Below are positions 27,952 through 39,947 of a stretch of DNA of 64,000 nt, one piece after another. The notes under the pieces are model-generated. The model ran no database searches. It saw nothing but the letters and a program-made list of their open reading frames with translations, and was not told where the DNA came from. Source of the stretch: Takakia lepidozioides (Eukaryota > Plantae > Bryophyta). Within the stretch, counting starts at the first letter, position 1, and every line of letters begins with the position of its first letter. The position numbers were made by a program, and so were the translations under genes. The DNA lies in the NCBI GenBank assembly GCA_030704615.1, contig CM060731.1, forward strand, positions 50,716,001 through 50,780,000, written 5' to 3'.

Positions 27952-28859
27952 CCTCGCTGTGCCTATCCTCGCCCCTTCCTACATCATTTGCTCAAGAATA
28001 GGTCTACAAAGCCTCCAACCCACGCCCTTGCACATCCTGCGATCATCGCGTTCCATGCTCTAGGTTCGTGGATACTAAGAAAACATATGGTGTGGCGGGA
28101 GACCAAAAAAAGCCCACAAGTCCCAGCCCTCTGTTCACGGCTGGCACCCTAATGGGCAACCCTATAAGCAATTTAAAAATAAAAATAAAAACATTTTGCA
28201 CTTTGATCATTGATGAATGAACTTACCCAATGGATGAATACATTCGTGTATGTGCCTTCAAAATGACACGTGTAGTGACGCAGTCATATAATTAGAGTTG
28301 TGAAACCAAATTCAGTCATGAAGTCATATGATTCTAGGAAAATTCATCCACGTGTAGTCCTCCATATGACGCGAGTCATATAAACCATCCATGTCATCGT
28401 GGTCAACAATGTTTGACCAATGCTCCCTACCTTTCCAGAGTCATGTAGTGATATCCATTACTACAGAGTAATAAAACTATGACTGTAACGCATTTCAGCG
28501 TTCTGTAGTCGTGTACCTAATGCCGTTTTTATGACTCCGCAAAAGCCGTAGTCCTAAAAACGTTCATCTCTTGTAGTGCAAACAACAAACAAGAAAGAGG
28601 CAAACAAGAAAGAACAACAAAAGAAGAAGAAGAAGAAGAAGAAGAAGAAGAAACCCTTGTACGCATTGTATGCAAGACGTGAGTCGCAAGAGAATCGCAA
28701 ACGCCGTAGAGCGCACACGATTGAGGTCCTGGTAGGTCATCCCAAGCCCATCGAAGCAGGAGCATGAACAAGCACGACAGCTGGAAACCCTCGCTCATTC
28801 CAGATGGAGAACCCTACCTCCACGACGAAGTGAACAGCATATGCAGGTCCACGTGGTGT

Positions 28860-29123
28860 GATACCCACCGTTGGAAATGGAAGGGATTGGGGGATCGGTC
28901 GAAGGGGGATCAAAGCAGGAGATCGGCGGCAAGACCAGGGAAGGGGATTGACGACCGGGGAAGCGCCACGCAGTGGACCATTGCGCAAAACAATCCGACG
29001 GGGGGACGGCCACATCACGTTGAAGAGGGCCAAGGGGGATGAGTCCCTGGGGGGAGCAGGGGATCGGGAACGGATCGACATTGGGGGTGCCGGCACGTGG
29101 TCAAGGGGGATGGACGGCGTGGC

Positions 29124-29162
<39 letters not shown>

Positions 29163-30559
29163 TTGACGATGAGGGGACCGCGACGTGGCCCACGTGTCAT
29201 GGAGGGCACCATGGAGCAGCACCTGGCGGAAAATGTGGGGAGGGGGGTTAGTCCCCGAATTGGAGAAGGGGATCAATCAAGGCGGGGGGAGCGACAGCAC
29301 GGGGATTGCGTTGTCCATGGTCGAAGGCCCGGGGGACCGCGCCTGGGCTCGGGGGATCAGGCCTCTAACCATTGGAGGGATCGACGGCGGAGGGGATTGC
29401 GACGTGGCGGCATGTCACTGTGAACGGCAGTGGTTGTAAGTAAGATTGATGCACAGGGGATCAACGGTTCGAGGAGAACCACGTGGCGCACGATTGGGAG
29501 TGGGGATCACTCCCGCCCTGGACGGGGGATCAACCCAGTTACGGGGGATCGCGCCTCCGATGGGATGAGGGGATCGACGGCGGGGGGGGGGGAGCGCCAC
29601 GTGGCGTGGGCGTGCCATGGGGCCTTCATCCGACCATTGTCCATCCATTGTGCGGGAGGATGGCGGGGGGATGAGAAGCGGAGGACCCAGAACATCCATT
29701 GTTTTGAGGTTGGATGGATGAGCAGGGGATCGACGGTTCGGGGGAGCAGCACGTGGCGGGCGATTAGGGGTGGGGGATCACTGCCGGTCCGGAGTGGGGG
29801 TCGGGGGGAGCGGCGACGTGTCGGGGGATCGCGCCGTGGATGGGAAGTGCCTTACGCGGGAGGATGGCGGGGGATGAGGGGCGGATGTCACACAATGTTG
29901 TTTGTGAGGTTGGATGGATGCGCAGGGGATCGACGGTCTAGGGGAGCTGCACGTGGCGGGCGATTAGGGTTGGGGGATCACTCCCGGTCCGGAAGGGGGG
30001 ATCAAGACGCGTCGGGGGAGCAGTGACGTCTCGGGGAGCGCGTCGTGGATGGGAGGAGGGGATCGACGACAGTGGGAGTGCCACGTGGCGATGGGCGCGT
30101 CATGGGGCCTCCATCCAGCCGTCATCCATTTAATTGAGGTTGGATGGATGGGGAGGGGATCGAGGGTTCGGGGTAGCGCCACATGGCTGGAGATGGGGGT
30201 GGGGGATCACTCCGGCACTGGAAGGGGGATCAACCCAGTGAGGGGATCCACAGCGGGGGCCGCCACGTGGCTGGAGATCGGGCGGTGCTGTGGGGCGCCG
30301 CGTGGCCAATGGTGGGGCGGGGATCAGGGGTCCCGGGCGGGGGGGAGGGGGGGGGTCAGGGGGTCGCGGGAGCAGTGGGCGGGCGGGCGGGGGCGGGGCA
30401 ACGGGTGGAGGGGTCGGAGGGGGGTGGGGATGATTGACATGGGACGTCCAGCTCGCCGACGAGGCTGCCGGAGCGGGGGTTCCCCGGCTGTACCTCGCGG
30501 GCCGTACCCGTCAGCTCACACGCTTGCAATAAAATCAAGCCACATCCATATTGGGACCG
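28860..30559. mobile_element. Long GC-rich terminal inverted repeat of a Mutator-like element (right junction)
   Basis: Reverse complement of 45151-45965. Ends ...CCATATTGGGACCG at 30559, followed by GACTAACGA (9-bp TSD). Dense GGGGATC and CACGTGG motifs; poly-G run at 29125-29161. Confidence 0.85.
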
Positions 30560-30884
30560 GACTAACGATGGGGCAACTCTTGCACCCGGCCTCTTGATCT
30601 ATCGAGTTTGAGTGTAGTAGGGACAGTGGTGGAGGACTTAATGAGGCTACGGTCACTATCATATCTTGTGGCTACCTGGACTTAGAGGGACCTAAGCACC
30701 AGCTAGGGGGGCGATTGTGGTGGACTAGTGACTGCCATAGTGGGCAGCCTAGCGACTGACTAGTGGCAGCCTAATGGTTGGACTAGTGGCTGGACTAGTG
30801 GTATACTACTGTGTGGTAGGCACATGTATTGTGTGGTTTTGGACAGCAATGTAATTGTGTAGCGATATGTATGCGCACGACAGC
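30560..30884 (+). mobile_element. 3' UTR, PPT and LTR start of the DNMT/PHD gypsy family
   Basis: Aligns with 43055-43292; PPT AGCTAGGGGGGCGAT followed by TGTGG at 30716. Confidence 0.8.
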
Positions 30885-30948
30885 TGTCAAGTTATTTCAC
30901 CACTAGTGTGTAACTAGCTAGGAAATAGCTAGCTTTTATATATTGACA
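30885..30948 (+). repeat. 64-bp module TGTCAA...TTGACA, also forming the 3' end of the copia LTR (52148-52211)
   Basis: The two copies have the same length and differ at only two positions. Confidence 0.9.
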
Positions 30949-32035
30949 TTTCCCTCCGGCACTACACCTCCCACTATCTCCGCAGAAGATGAAGTAACCT
31001 CCCCACTCTCATAGAGTGTAGCTGCCAGCTTGAACACCTCTGCTAGTTTGAACACCTCTGCTAGTCTTACCCCCGGCGTCGCAATCATAGTAGCCGAGAA
31101 TAATGGAGCCTGACACACAGATGTGGCCGCCCCCAACAGCACACTAGCTGCCGTAGCCATGACAGCAGGTAGTGATGCTGCCCGTGTGGCTCTCCCCAAT
31201 GGCATAGTAACCTCTGCCTCGGTAATAGTCGGGCGAGAACTAGGTGTCATGGATGGCGTCGACACTGTCTCCTCCAATGTGAATGACTGATGAAGCCTAG
31301 CCTGACGGCTTGCCTCCCCACGCTGTGAATCCAACTCCACCTCCGCACCTCGTGGCTCAAGAACTCGTGCTGCTCCTCGAGTCACGGCTGCAGCAGACTC
31401 CACCTGCACTAGTGGTAGTGTTGCTCCGCACATGAATCCCATGCCTCCCATATCTCCTCCCTCAGGAACAGGAGGTGGACCCTCCGGCCTTGGAGCCGGT
31501 ACCACCTGAGCTGTAGCCATGGCAGCGAGCATCTGCTCTAGTTGCTGAAGCCGGTTGGCCATGCCTTGGTCAACACCCTGACCTCCGCGTCCTTGGCCAT
31601 GTTGAGCTTGCCCTTGCCCTGCACCTCATGCCTGGCCACCTCGTCCTCTCTACGCTGCTCCACCTCGCCCCCGGCCACCATTGTTCCTTTGGAACTGGCC
31701 TAGGCGCAACTTAGGATGCAAACCATAATACTGGGCCTCTCCATGTCCGTGCTTGCCACAATGCCCACACTGCAATTGTGCAGGCTATGCATGTGCCGGC
31801 CCTTTGCCTCCCTCTGGGCAATCTTTCTTGATATGGGGTCCTCCACATATCCAACACACCACCTCCGCCCATTGTTGGCCTGCAAATGAAGGGAGAGACC
31901 CATACATCTGAGGTCCTCTCTGTCCTTCCCTGGGCTTCACATGAGCCCCCTTGTTGCCTTGAGCACGTTGAGGTAGTGGTTGGCTATGAGCACCACTACC
32001 CTGTGGTGTCTCCTCATCAAATCCCACCATGACCC
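30949..32035 (-). pseudogene. Inverted gag fragment of the DNMT/PHD gypsy family
   Basis: CWICGGPHIKKDC zinc knuckle; MANRLQQLEQMLAAMATAQVVP... matches 36600-37670. Confidence 0.9.
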
Positions 32036-32146
32036 CCTTAGCAGAGGAGTAGAAAACAAATCACCTTTGTGATGGTCGGTAGCGACAATCCCTATCTGGG
32101 ACATTCCACTCAATCTCTACGCATATCTTCAACAATGAAATGTAAG

Positions 32147-32557
32147 TTAGATAAAACTTACTTGCGCCTTCTTAGGTTTTGAAATTGGATCCCCTTCTGC
32201 AGCTTTCCTCTTCCCTCTCACATCTGCTGGAATTTCTGTCTGCTCTAGGGTTTCTGGACCTTCTCCCGGTTCGGCGTTCCGCGTGCTTCCACCTCCTTCT
32301 GTGTTACTGCAAATCATCTCTGCCTCCACAGGCTGGCGCACTCTTATCGCCGACTGTGTCACAGCCGCTGCCTCAGTCTCCGTCTGCTCTTCTGTATCAG
32401 TCTCCGCGTTCACCTGCTGCCTTGGCCCTGTGTTCTCCAACAAACGACGCCTCATCATTTGCTCTCTTGCTCTGCGTCTCTCTCTAAGGGAAGTAAAATA
32501 AAGAGACTTTCTTCTCTTTCGTATTGTAGAAGGAACCCTCTCCAGCTTGACTACCAC
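32147..32557 (-). CDS. Probable first exon of an uncharacterised gene divergent from the transposase N-terminus
   Basis: Acidic/basic low-complexity ORF with NLS-like RGKRK/KPKK, ending at CAA|GTAAGT (donor consensus) near 32161. Confidence 0.35.
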   Translation of the reverse strand: MVVKLERVPSTIRKRRKSLYFTSLRERRRAREQMMRRRLLENTGPRQQVNAETDTEEQTETEAAAVTQSAIRVRQPVEAEMICSNTEGGGSTRNAEPGEGPETLEQTEIPADVRGKRKAAEGDPISKPKKAQVSFI

Positions 32558-33313
32558 TCTCTCTCTAAGCGCGAAAAGTAGAAAAACGCAGTGACTCCCG
32601 ATTTCTTGCGGGATTGCTTGCGTTCTTGCGTGTCTCTAGAAGCATCGGATTCCCTCTCGCGTGACCGTTACACATAGTCGTTCCCTTATTAGTGCACATG
32701 CCAGCAATTGGTGTATAGCTATTCGTATTCAGTTATGGATGTCTGACGTGTGTCGCCCAAAATAAACGGCGTGTTCTTTATTAGAACGGTTTCAATATTT
32801 AAAAATAACAGCGAATCCCAGAAATCTTGGCGCACAGTCTTACACAAATAAATGTAAATGAACGAGAGTTTGATGACAAATCTTGGAATATCATACACGG
32901 TCATCCTTGTTAGCCAGACCCCACATTCGTTTCACATTTGAAACTTTCTAGGTGCGCATGATCATTGGTAGTAGTATAAAGATACATTTACTTAATCTGC
33001 AATCCCATCCTCAGATCCTGTGGCATGCTTCCAGGAAGTCGGCTTTGTTATTGGGTTATTGATGAGGTTCTGGTTAACGGTTTAACAGCTGCCGACACTG
33101 CTCCTAGGGCTACTCTGACCACTGGGCCCACAAGAAAAGTAATTAAAATGGACGGTTGCATATCTGGAAAGAATAACATAATATGCACAGTCGTTGTCTG
33201 AGCTTCCTCCGCCATATTCTCTGCTCATTCTTCAACTGTGTTCTGGAGACATCAGTAAACCGATTTACACTAGATCTGCGATAGCAAGGTACAAACGTAC
33301 GCGAGGAAGGAAG

Positions 33314-33934
33314 ATGGCTTCCTCTGAAGCGGAGTTCTTCTCTGACGACAAACCAGTGTCGTTCTCCCAGGAAGTCCTTGACAATGGATTTGCAATTGTT
33401 CTGGAACATGTCTTGGCTACCCGTTTTCAGCTGCAGAATGGCTCCATTTTTTTGGAGAAAGAGGTGTACGATCTTAAAGGGAAGTTGTTGAAATACTCTT
33501 TCCAAAACCGTGATGAGACGGCTCATATCAGCCAGTGGAGAGTGCGTCCTGGTCGATACAGAGTACTTGGAGAGCCTCGGCGAAAGTCCCTTGGGTCATA
33601 TGTGACGCCCGGGACTGCTGCTTCGGTCGTTGAAGACAAGAGGGAGGTGGTGGTGAAAAAAGAACAGACGTCCTCCACTCCAATCGTTGAGATTTCGGAT
33701 TCTTCCGATGATGACATAAGTGAAATTCCAAATGCAGTCCTTCCTACTGTGGTTGTAGAAGCTGATGAAGAAGAAATTTGTAGTGTCATTCCAAAATTGC
33801 GGGCGATGGGAGGAATGGCTGGATTCAAAAGTGAGTTGCGGGGAATTGATTGGGAATCTTTGAAGCAGGTGCCTGTGAAGTTCTTGCCGGAAACTTTTGA
33901 TGGCGATATCCTATTCGAGCTGCCTCCTCCTCCG
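33314..33934 (+). pseudogene. N-terminal part of the GCM-like MULE transposase family, truncated
   Basis: ORF ends in FLPETFDGDILFELPPP, matching the DSDVLFELPPP that begins the 780-2800 copy. Confidence 0.6.
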
Positions 33935-35606
33935 CGGTGGATCTTCAGGAGATACAATCATTTCTGGCGAGTCAGCCCCCTTTCCAATTTTCTGCTTCCT
34001 GTTTATGCCGAAGCAATGGCACTTCACGCGGCCGAGTCCCTATCCCCTGACTTTTTAGTGGCCAGCCATAGGTGTATCCAGCGTGGATCCGGTGTTCTAA
34101 AATACATAGACTTAGATACAGAAGAAGCGGGGATACATTGTACTGACTCTGAGTCAGACTGAACTGTATTCTTTTAATATTCATTTTCATACTATCTGGA
34201 AAACGTTGAATCCCCTTCCTCCACCGTAGTTGTTCCTTTAGAACAAATAATAATCACAGAATCAACTTTCATTTAAATTGCAATATGTATGAATCCATCT
34301 CACAAACCTCCCTGACTCTTCTCATATCCATTGTGCATTCATCTACAGTGTATTCATGCGTGCTCCATTCATGAATTTTTTCCTTTGTTCAACATCCATT
34401 GTACATTCATCCTCTGTACTCTTTAATCCACCCCACAAACTTCCCACACTTATTTCATATACGTTGTGCATTCGTCAAAAGTTTTGGTCATGCATCTTCC
34501 TGTCATGAATTTTTGTCATTGCTCAACATCCATTATACATTCATCCATTTTACTCTTATCCATCCCTCATTCATCCATCTACATTCATTTTTCACACTCA
34601 TCCATCTGTTTATCATCCAACTGTACATTCATCCATCCTTTATTCAATGCCGTTTATTATGTCGTCCAGCTTGTTTCCGCAGTAAAGGGTGCCAATCCGC
34701 GGGAATACACTCCACTTCTTTCTGGGCGCGTGGTGACGCGGCCTTCACGTGTGATGACGTGGAGTGAGCCCCGTGACGTGGCATTTGCGCAAGGTGACGT
34801 GGCGTGAGCGCAGTTGCGCTCACGCGCTCACGTGACCAGGCTCACGCCGAGGCGTCCCTGGTCTCAAAGCTTTCGAGTTGAGAGACTGTCAGACCCTACC
34901 TTTATTTTCTTTAGTGTTCAGTGAGCGGGAGATAGGGGAGTATTGCTTTGTCTCTACCTGGCAGAAAGAGGAGGAGGGTTGGTTAGAGCGAGCTACTGTA
35001 GCTTGGGACAAGGTTAGTGGCAGGTTTCTGGACATAGATATACCTCCTACACCTACCACCATCATGCAGAGCGAGGCACTTTGAGAGAAGTCTGGCAATT
35101 GATAGCATAGATCAGGATTAGATCTTGCTTGGTCGGGCTTCTATTCTCCCCCCCCCCTCTCTTTACTATTTTCATTACTTTATACTTGTAGTTGCCAAAG
35201 CCTCTCTTGGTGGAGGCCAGTCAGTCCGGGGTTTTGGGCTGGGATATTCTGCAGGATCAGCATTGCAGATGGATTTTGGTGTGGGGGTGTTGATGTTTTG
35301 ATTTCTTGTGTTTGGATCCCCCCCAACACCTGCATGCTTGACTGTGCGCCATGTTGGTTTTGTGTGGGCACTTGCTTTCATAGGGATTAGGCCGGATTTG
35401 ATCACCGGTCAATCCTAGAGTATGTTGTCGGTGGTGAGGGTGGAGTGATGACCAGCAAGACCACCAGTGTTTCTTCTATGGTAAGACTGGGTTGATGACC
35501 AACCAACCATAGGAGTTATTGTGGTGGATGCAGGTGCAAGTGCCCTGAACCACTGGGATATGACCCTTAAACTGCAACAGGTGCCCACCCGTGTCACTAT
35601 TAGAAT

Positions 35607-35619
35607 TAGTACTAGAGCC
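35607..35619 (+). promoter_or_regulatory. Putative degenerate primer-binding site (tRNA-iMet type)
   Basis: TAGTACTAGAGCC versus TGGTATCAGAGCC: 10/13 identity, all three differences transitions; lies just before gag. Confidence 0.45.
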
Positions 35620-35631
35620 TTATAGTGTCAC

Positions 35632-37740
35632 GTGGGGGAGGTGCACATTGTGAGTGTCATCACGGAGTTACCCAAGGGTTTTGAGGGGAGTACGGCTACA
35701 GGCAGTAACAGTGAGAATGGGTTCACAAGACGAGGTATTCGGTTCAGACCACCTTCACCTCCACCCTTAACTAGTGCAGAGTCAGACACAGACTCGGAGG
35801 CTTCATCAGCAGGTGTGCAGTTTCATTCGCCATTGTTGTGGGACGACATGGAGGAGATGTATGGAGCTACCAAGGGGCATTGTAGGTACTCTGGAGCTGT
35901 GGGCACAATTGAGCTAGATGACTTTATCCAGGAGTTCGACAGCTGATGTGATTTGCAGCAGATGCGCAATCCACAGTTGTTCACCCCATTCATGGCGTGG
36001 AAGGGACTGTTCCAGCATTTGGAAGGCCCGCCTATGGATGATTACCACGAGTTCAGGCGAGGACATGAAGCAGAGATTGAGCAGTGGAGGATGTATTGGT
36101 CACCTGACTACGTCTCCATTATTCGAGGCACGACGCGACCAGTAGCTGCATCAGCACCAATATCTCCCACTGCCAGCACTAGTAGTGGAACAAGTAGTGC
36201 CGGTACTTCTGTAGGTGGTACCAGTTCAAAAGGTGCTACTACTCCTCCTGCCATGACTACAACACATGTGCCTAGATTCAACCCGGTGGTGGAGTTCTTC
36301 CAGGAGTTGCGGAGGAACTACCAAGGTGTACAGACAGAGAAGCTGCGAAGTTTGCAAGACTTCCAGCGCAAACCCAGTGAGAGCCTGCGAGAGGCGTACA
36401 CTCGTATGAGGTGCTTGATAAGTGTGACCCAAGGGGTTACTGAAGCTCAGGCAATCCAGTTCTGGTATGGAATTTTGGACAAGGAGCTCAGGAGAAGGGT
36501 GCGGGATACAACCCTGTTACAAGCAGCCCAACCCACATTTAGCAGATGTGTTTCTGCTGGCTGAGCGGATTGAGCTCAACATGGTGGAGGAGCGAGTTGT
36601 TACCATTGGATTTGGCAAAGACATGCCTGCAAGAGGCGCAGCTGCCTGCCCACAGGCACAAGGGACTGCCCAACAGTGTGGTCAGGGGGGCAAGGTTTCC
36701 CAACCCAAATTTCACAGAGCTTACAGGGGACCTCAGGTGCAGAGGCCAGTAGCATCTTTTGCAAGCCAACAGCAACCAGGGGTGATATGTTGGACATGTG
36801 GAGGACCCCATGTCAAGAGAGATTGCCCAGAGAGTGGCAAAATGCCGACACCAGCACAGCCTGCACAGTTGCAGTGTGGGCATTGTGGCAAGTATGGGCA
36901 TGGAGATGCCCAGTGTTATGGCTTGCATCCTGAATTGCGCCTAGGCCAGTTCCAAGGGAACAATGGTGGCCGGGGGCGAGGTGGACCAGCCCAGAGAGGA
37001 CGAGGTGGCCGGGCACGAGGTGCAGGCCAAGGGCAAGCTCAACATGGCCAAGTACGCGGAGGTCAGGGTGTTGACCAAGGCATGGCCAACCGGCTTCAGC
37101 AGCTAGAGTAGAGGCTCGCTGCCATGGCTACAGCTCAGGTGGTACCGGTTCCCAGGCGGGATGGTCCACCTCCTGCTCCTGAGGGAGGAGATATGGGAGG
37201 CATGGGATTCATGTGCGGAGCAGCACTACCACTAGAGCAGGTGGAGTTTGCTGCAGCCGTGACTCGAGGAGCAGTACGAGTTCCTGAGCCACGAGGTGCA
37301 GAGGTGGAATTGGATCCACAGCGTGGGGAGCAAGCCGTCAGGCGAGGCTTCCTCAGTCATTTACATTGGCGGAGACAGTGTCGACGCCATCCATGGCACC
37401 TAGTTCTCGCCCGACTGTTACCGAGGCGGAGGTTACTATGCCATTGGGGAGAGCTACACGTGCATCACTGACACCTGCTACTTAGGCTAGTGCAGCCGGT
37501 GTGTTATTGGGGGCAGCCACCTCTGTGTGTTAAGCCCCACTGTTCTCGGCAACCATGATTACGACGCTGGGGGTAAGACCAGCTGCAGTGTTCAGACTAG
37601 CAGCAACAGTCTGTGAGAGTGGGGAGATCACTTCATCTTCTGCAGAGTTACTGGAAGGTATAGTGGCAGAGGGATCCTCGGATTTGAGGGTCAAGACTGC
37701 CACGGCTGCGCCATGGCAAGCTGCAGCTGCCAGCTAGGCC
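35632..37740 (+). pseudogene. gag: gag with two CCHC zinc knuckles and a GR-rich region
   Basis: ELDDFIQEFD, LRSLQDFQRKPSESLREAYTRM, CWTCGGPHVKRDC, CGHCGKYGHGDAQC; stops and frameshifts present. Confidence 0.85.
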
Positions 37741-37807
37741 AGCCTTTGAGCGCGCCATGGTGACACCTGGAGTTGTCTTGTTAGACAATTAGGATGACAT
37801 TTTCTCT

Positions 37808-38230
37808 TTGAGTGGACCGGCAGGCAAGAAGTACCGGCCACTGCGGGTCTTGTTGGACTCGGGAGCTCAGCCACTGATGTTGGGCAGAGCTGCTATTGCA
37901 GGTTTGGGCCTCATGGAGGCGGATATGGAGCCTTGTCCTTTCCAGATACAGACATCTCCGGAAGGATCAGAGCAGGCTCGGGGCATGACACGGCGTGAGT
38001 TGGCCATTAGACTGCAGCCGGATCATCCTATAGATGGCTCAGTGACGCGAGCCAAGGCCATTGTGATAGACGCGGTCTCTTACGATGTTCTCGTTGGTGG
38101 GGCAGTGTTATATCCCATGGGTTTCACCCTGGACTTTTGGGAGGAGTTAGCATCCTACAGGCCTGGATGGCAGTCAGGGGATGGTCGTCGTGCACAGCTC
38201 CCTGTGACATTCATTGGGGGTATTTGCGGC
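37808..38230 (+). pseudogene. Retropepsin aspartic protease domain
   Basis: VLLDSGAQ catalytic motif and downstream YDVLVG. Confidence 0.85.
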
Positions 38231-38559
38231 TGCCCAGCGGGGCAAGATGCCAGCACTAGCCGCTTTTACAGCTGCAGTTAGTTGGCCTAGAGAGTTGCTG
38301 GAAGGCAATGCCCATGCAGAGGATGTGCCACCTTCAGCAGAGCAGGATGACATGCATGGTATGGCGGAATTGCCTGCCATGGTTGCTCACACTCCATTGT
38401 GGGGGTACGAACAAGGATTTGCAGCAGGCTGCTGATGGACGGGTGCAACAAGCCTGGGTAGAGGCCTTTGTACCGTCAGGAAAAGAGGAGAGTGCGGTGA
38501 TTGCACCAGGACCACCTCAGTTGTCGCCATTGGATACCACACCTCTTGTGTGGCAGTGC

Positions 38560-39510
38560 CCGGATGAAGGCATATGCCTTCTGGACTTGTTTGGCGGGAT
38601 CAGCACTGATTGGCTGCAGTGCAGCAGGCAGGTGTACGAGTTCGACGTTACCTGTATGTGGAGAGGGATGAGACTGCACGACACGTCTCACTACGCCATG
38701 TTGCTCAGTTGGTACAGCAGTACCCTGATTTGTTGTCAGTGTCTGCAGTTCGTGGATACCAACAAGCCTTGCCAGCAGACATTTCGTTGCTGGGGGCGCA
38801 GGATTTGGAGCAGGTTGGCTCCATTGATCTGGTAGTGGCAGGTTGGCCCTGCCAAGGGCATTCATCAGCCGGGCATGGCAATGGATTGCGAGACTCGAGG
38901 ACCGGTCTGTTTTGGGAGATGGTGCGGGTTTTGCGCCACTTGCAGCTTCATCAAGCTGTATCTCCAGCATACATCTTGGAGAATGTGCCACTGATGGGTG
39001 ATTCTCGGGCCAGGGTGATGGCCAGTGTGCATCAAGTCCGGTCGTGGCTTGGGTTAGCAGTGTTGCTGGATGCAGCTGCAGTGGGGTCACGGGCTCATCG
39101 TCCACGGCTATGGTGGACTAACTTGATGCCACCCGCACTGCTCAAGCGTGCATTTGATGGGGTGCAGCGGCTAGCACACCTCACAGTGGATAGCATTTTG
39201 GACACAGGGAGGCAGTCTCAACGTGTGAGACACGATGACCGTTCGCCTTTGGCAGTGGTCAACAGGGTGGGTCAACCACAAGCAGCATTACCTACACTGC
39301 TCAGCTTCCCAGGATCCCATGCTTTTCGGGATGGTGGACCTGGCCTCTTGTGGGATAGCCAGTTGCAACAATTAGTGGAGCCCAATGCTGACGAGCGCGA
39401 GTGGGCAATGGGTTTTACCACTAGTACCACGGCGGTGCCATCTCTTTCTGAGGCATCACATTGTCAGGTGTTGGGGCAAGCAATGGATCTCAATTGCTTG
39501 ACCTGGATTA
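38560..39510 (+). pseudogene. C5-cytosine DNA methyltransferase domain (DNMT3-like) inside pol
   Basis: Motif I LLDLFGGIST (frameshift at ~38610), II YLYVERD, III ADI, IV DLVVAGWPCQGHS, V GLRDSRTGLFWE, VI YILENV, VIII AHRPRLWWTN, IX/X ERE.AMGF...LGQAMD. Confidence 0.92.
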
Positions 39511-39947
39511 TCAGCTTGGCTATGGCCGAGCAGCGCAGAGTACGGAGTACACTTCCCTTCATGGTCTCCCTGCCTACCGAGACGGTACAGGCAGCGAGTG
39601 GGGGCAAGCAGGTGAGGACCACGAGGTGCAAGCCGCATCCATGGCACACGTGGGAGGTGCTCGAGGTTCAGAAGGAGTTGGCAGCCAAGGCGGCGGTGAT
39701 GGATCAGGTTGGGGAATTTTCTCGGGTTGAGGAGGTCCTCAAGGATGGGATGATAGGGCAGGGTGAGACATTATCACTGACAGAGGAGGTAGTGGTCACT
39801 GCTCAAGAGGTTGCAGCATAGCAACCACGGGACGCGTCTTCTACCTCTAAGCCTGCTAGACTTAAGGTTGCAGTCACGGAGGACAACTGGGAGCCTGATG
39901 TTGGACCTATAGTCACCGGAGGAGAGAGACGACGTATACGGCAGTTC

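Larger units (their letters stand above)
22672..28578. mobile_element. Non-autonomous CACTA element carrying host gene fragments (Pack-CACTA), 5.9 kb
   Basis: Left TIR CACTACAACAGATGAGCGTTTTTATGACT versus right TIR (reverse complement) CACTACAAGAGATGAACGTTTTTAGGACT. 3-bp TSD CAA at 22669-22671 and 28579-28581. ATGACT/AGTCAT subterminal repeats at both ends. No transposase inside. Confidence 0.92.

Noticed and set aside
28737-30597. Many overlapping Gly/Pro/Arg-rich ORFs here and at 45144-46065 and 298-808
   Set aside because: By-products of GC-rich TE termini; no domain motifs, and open in several frames at once.
33194-34162. The 322-aa ORF as one intact gene
   Set aside because: Similarity to the transposase family stops at FELPPP (~33934); the rest appears to be read-through into unrelated sequence.
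34290-34650. CATTCATCC-rich tract as a structured RNA or regulatory array
   Set aside because: Degenerate low-complexity repeat with no consistent period or pairing.
38560-39510. Bacterial contamination or a restriction-modification system as source of the methyltransferases
   Set aside because: The C5-MTase is embedded in a gypsy pol, the amino-MTase has spliceosomal introns, no restriction endonuclease is evident, and the flanks are plant TEs.
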